Positions 63,230 to 64,000 of a DNA stretch of 64,000 nt are shown here, in pieces. This stretch comes from Camelus ferus. Taxonomy: Eukaryota. Location: positions 51,896,001 through 51,960,000 of the forward strand of contig NC_045697.1 of the NCBI RefSeq assembly GCF_009834535.1. Direction: 5' to 3'. The position numbers and the translations under genes are program-made. A model generated the notes under the pieces. It had not been told where the DNA came from, did not search any database, and saw nothing but the letters and a program-made list of their open reading frames with translations. Each line of letters begins with the position of its first letter. The first letter of the stretch is position 1.

Positions 63230-64000
63230 TTAGGGAAATCGCAAACATGAAAGAAGGAGACTAAAGCAAATAGGGAGAACAAAACAGGAGAAAGCCAATA
63301 TGAATCAGGTAGACAAAAAAATTAAAAACAGAAAAATTATTACTAATAACCTCAGGGACATAACACATTTTATCCATGAAAATTATGTGCATGGTGGTAT
63401 AAGGAGGTGGTATAAGAAAAGAAAAATAGCTCAGAGAATCTAAAACAGGAAAACAGAAATGGCTGCTGAATTTATGTCAACATAGAGTTTGGAAGAGAAA
63501 GTTAAGATCTTTGAAAGTAGAATAATGAGAAGCAGAAAATGGAAGAAAAAATATTTCCAACAGAGAGCAACCCAGCAGCTCCAATATCTGATTAATACGA
63601 GCTGAAGAAAGGAAAATGAAAAGGAACCCTAGGAGAAAGTTCCCCAGGATTGAAGGGCATTCTTTTCTTTTTTTTTTTCATTGAAAGGACCTAGTTTATG
63701 TGCAGCACAATAAATGGAAAATAGAAAGACTTACATCAGGGCATAACGGCCTAAAATTCAGAACACCAGGGGTAAAGAGAAGCTCTGAAAGCCTTCAGGA
63801 AGAAGAGCAAAGTACCAGTCAGAAGTAAAAGAAGCAAGAGTCAGGTCGCATCAGATTTTCCAGCAGTGACACCAGGTTTCCCAGCAGCAGCAATAGAGAA
63901 ATCTCTTTAAATATTTTGAGGGGAAAAAAAGTTCAGCCTAGAATACTTTACACAGCTAACTACAAAGAAGTGTGAAGGCAGAATAAAGATATTTTCAGAT
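63230..64000 (+). mobile_element. Old L1 ORF1-region relic
   Basis: A-rich; aaattcagaacaccagggg, cagcctagaatactttac, gaataaagatattttcaga. Confidence 0.65.

Noticed and set aside
1..64000. CRISPR arrays, operons or other prokaryote-type systems
   Set aside because: The sequence is mammalian, with spliced genes and interspersed repeats; there are no regularly spaced repeat-spacer arrays

Overview
Mammalian genomic DNA, probably camelid (two tRNA-Ala-derived SINEs resemble the camelid Vic-1 family; this is inference). The window holds the 3' ends of two convergent genes. On the + strand are the last seven coding exons of ADAMTS3 (54-22711: spacer domain, three TSP1 repeats, PLAC domain, tail), all with GT-AG junctions and matching phases, plus a ~2.2 kb 3'UTR. 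On the - strand are the last two coding exons of the GPCR NPFFR2 (61167-58355). Introns and the ~33 kb intergenic gap are filled with L1, L2, MIR, MaLR/ERV LTRs, DNA-transposon relics and microsatellites. The main anomalies are: (1) a +1 frameshift in NPFFR2 just after TM5; (2) an unidentified ~330 bp polyadenylated retrocopy with a 13-bp TSD in an ADAMTS3 intron; (3) two independent same-family solo LTRs just beyond the ADAMTS3 poly(A) site, pointing antisense; (4) a perfect 38-bp-arm inverted repeat next to an ADAMTS3 exon; (5) a CpG-island-like internal exon. I see no convincing novel multi-gene system. Almost all short ORFs in the track are spurious. Repeat family names are from recognition, not from a search, and repeat boundaries without TSDs are approximate.
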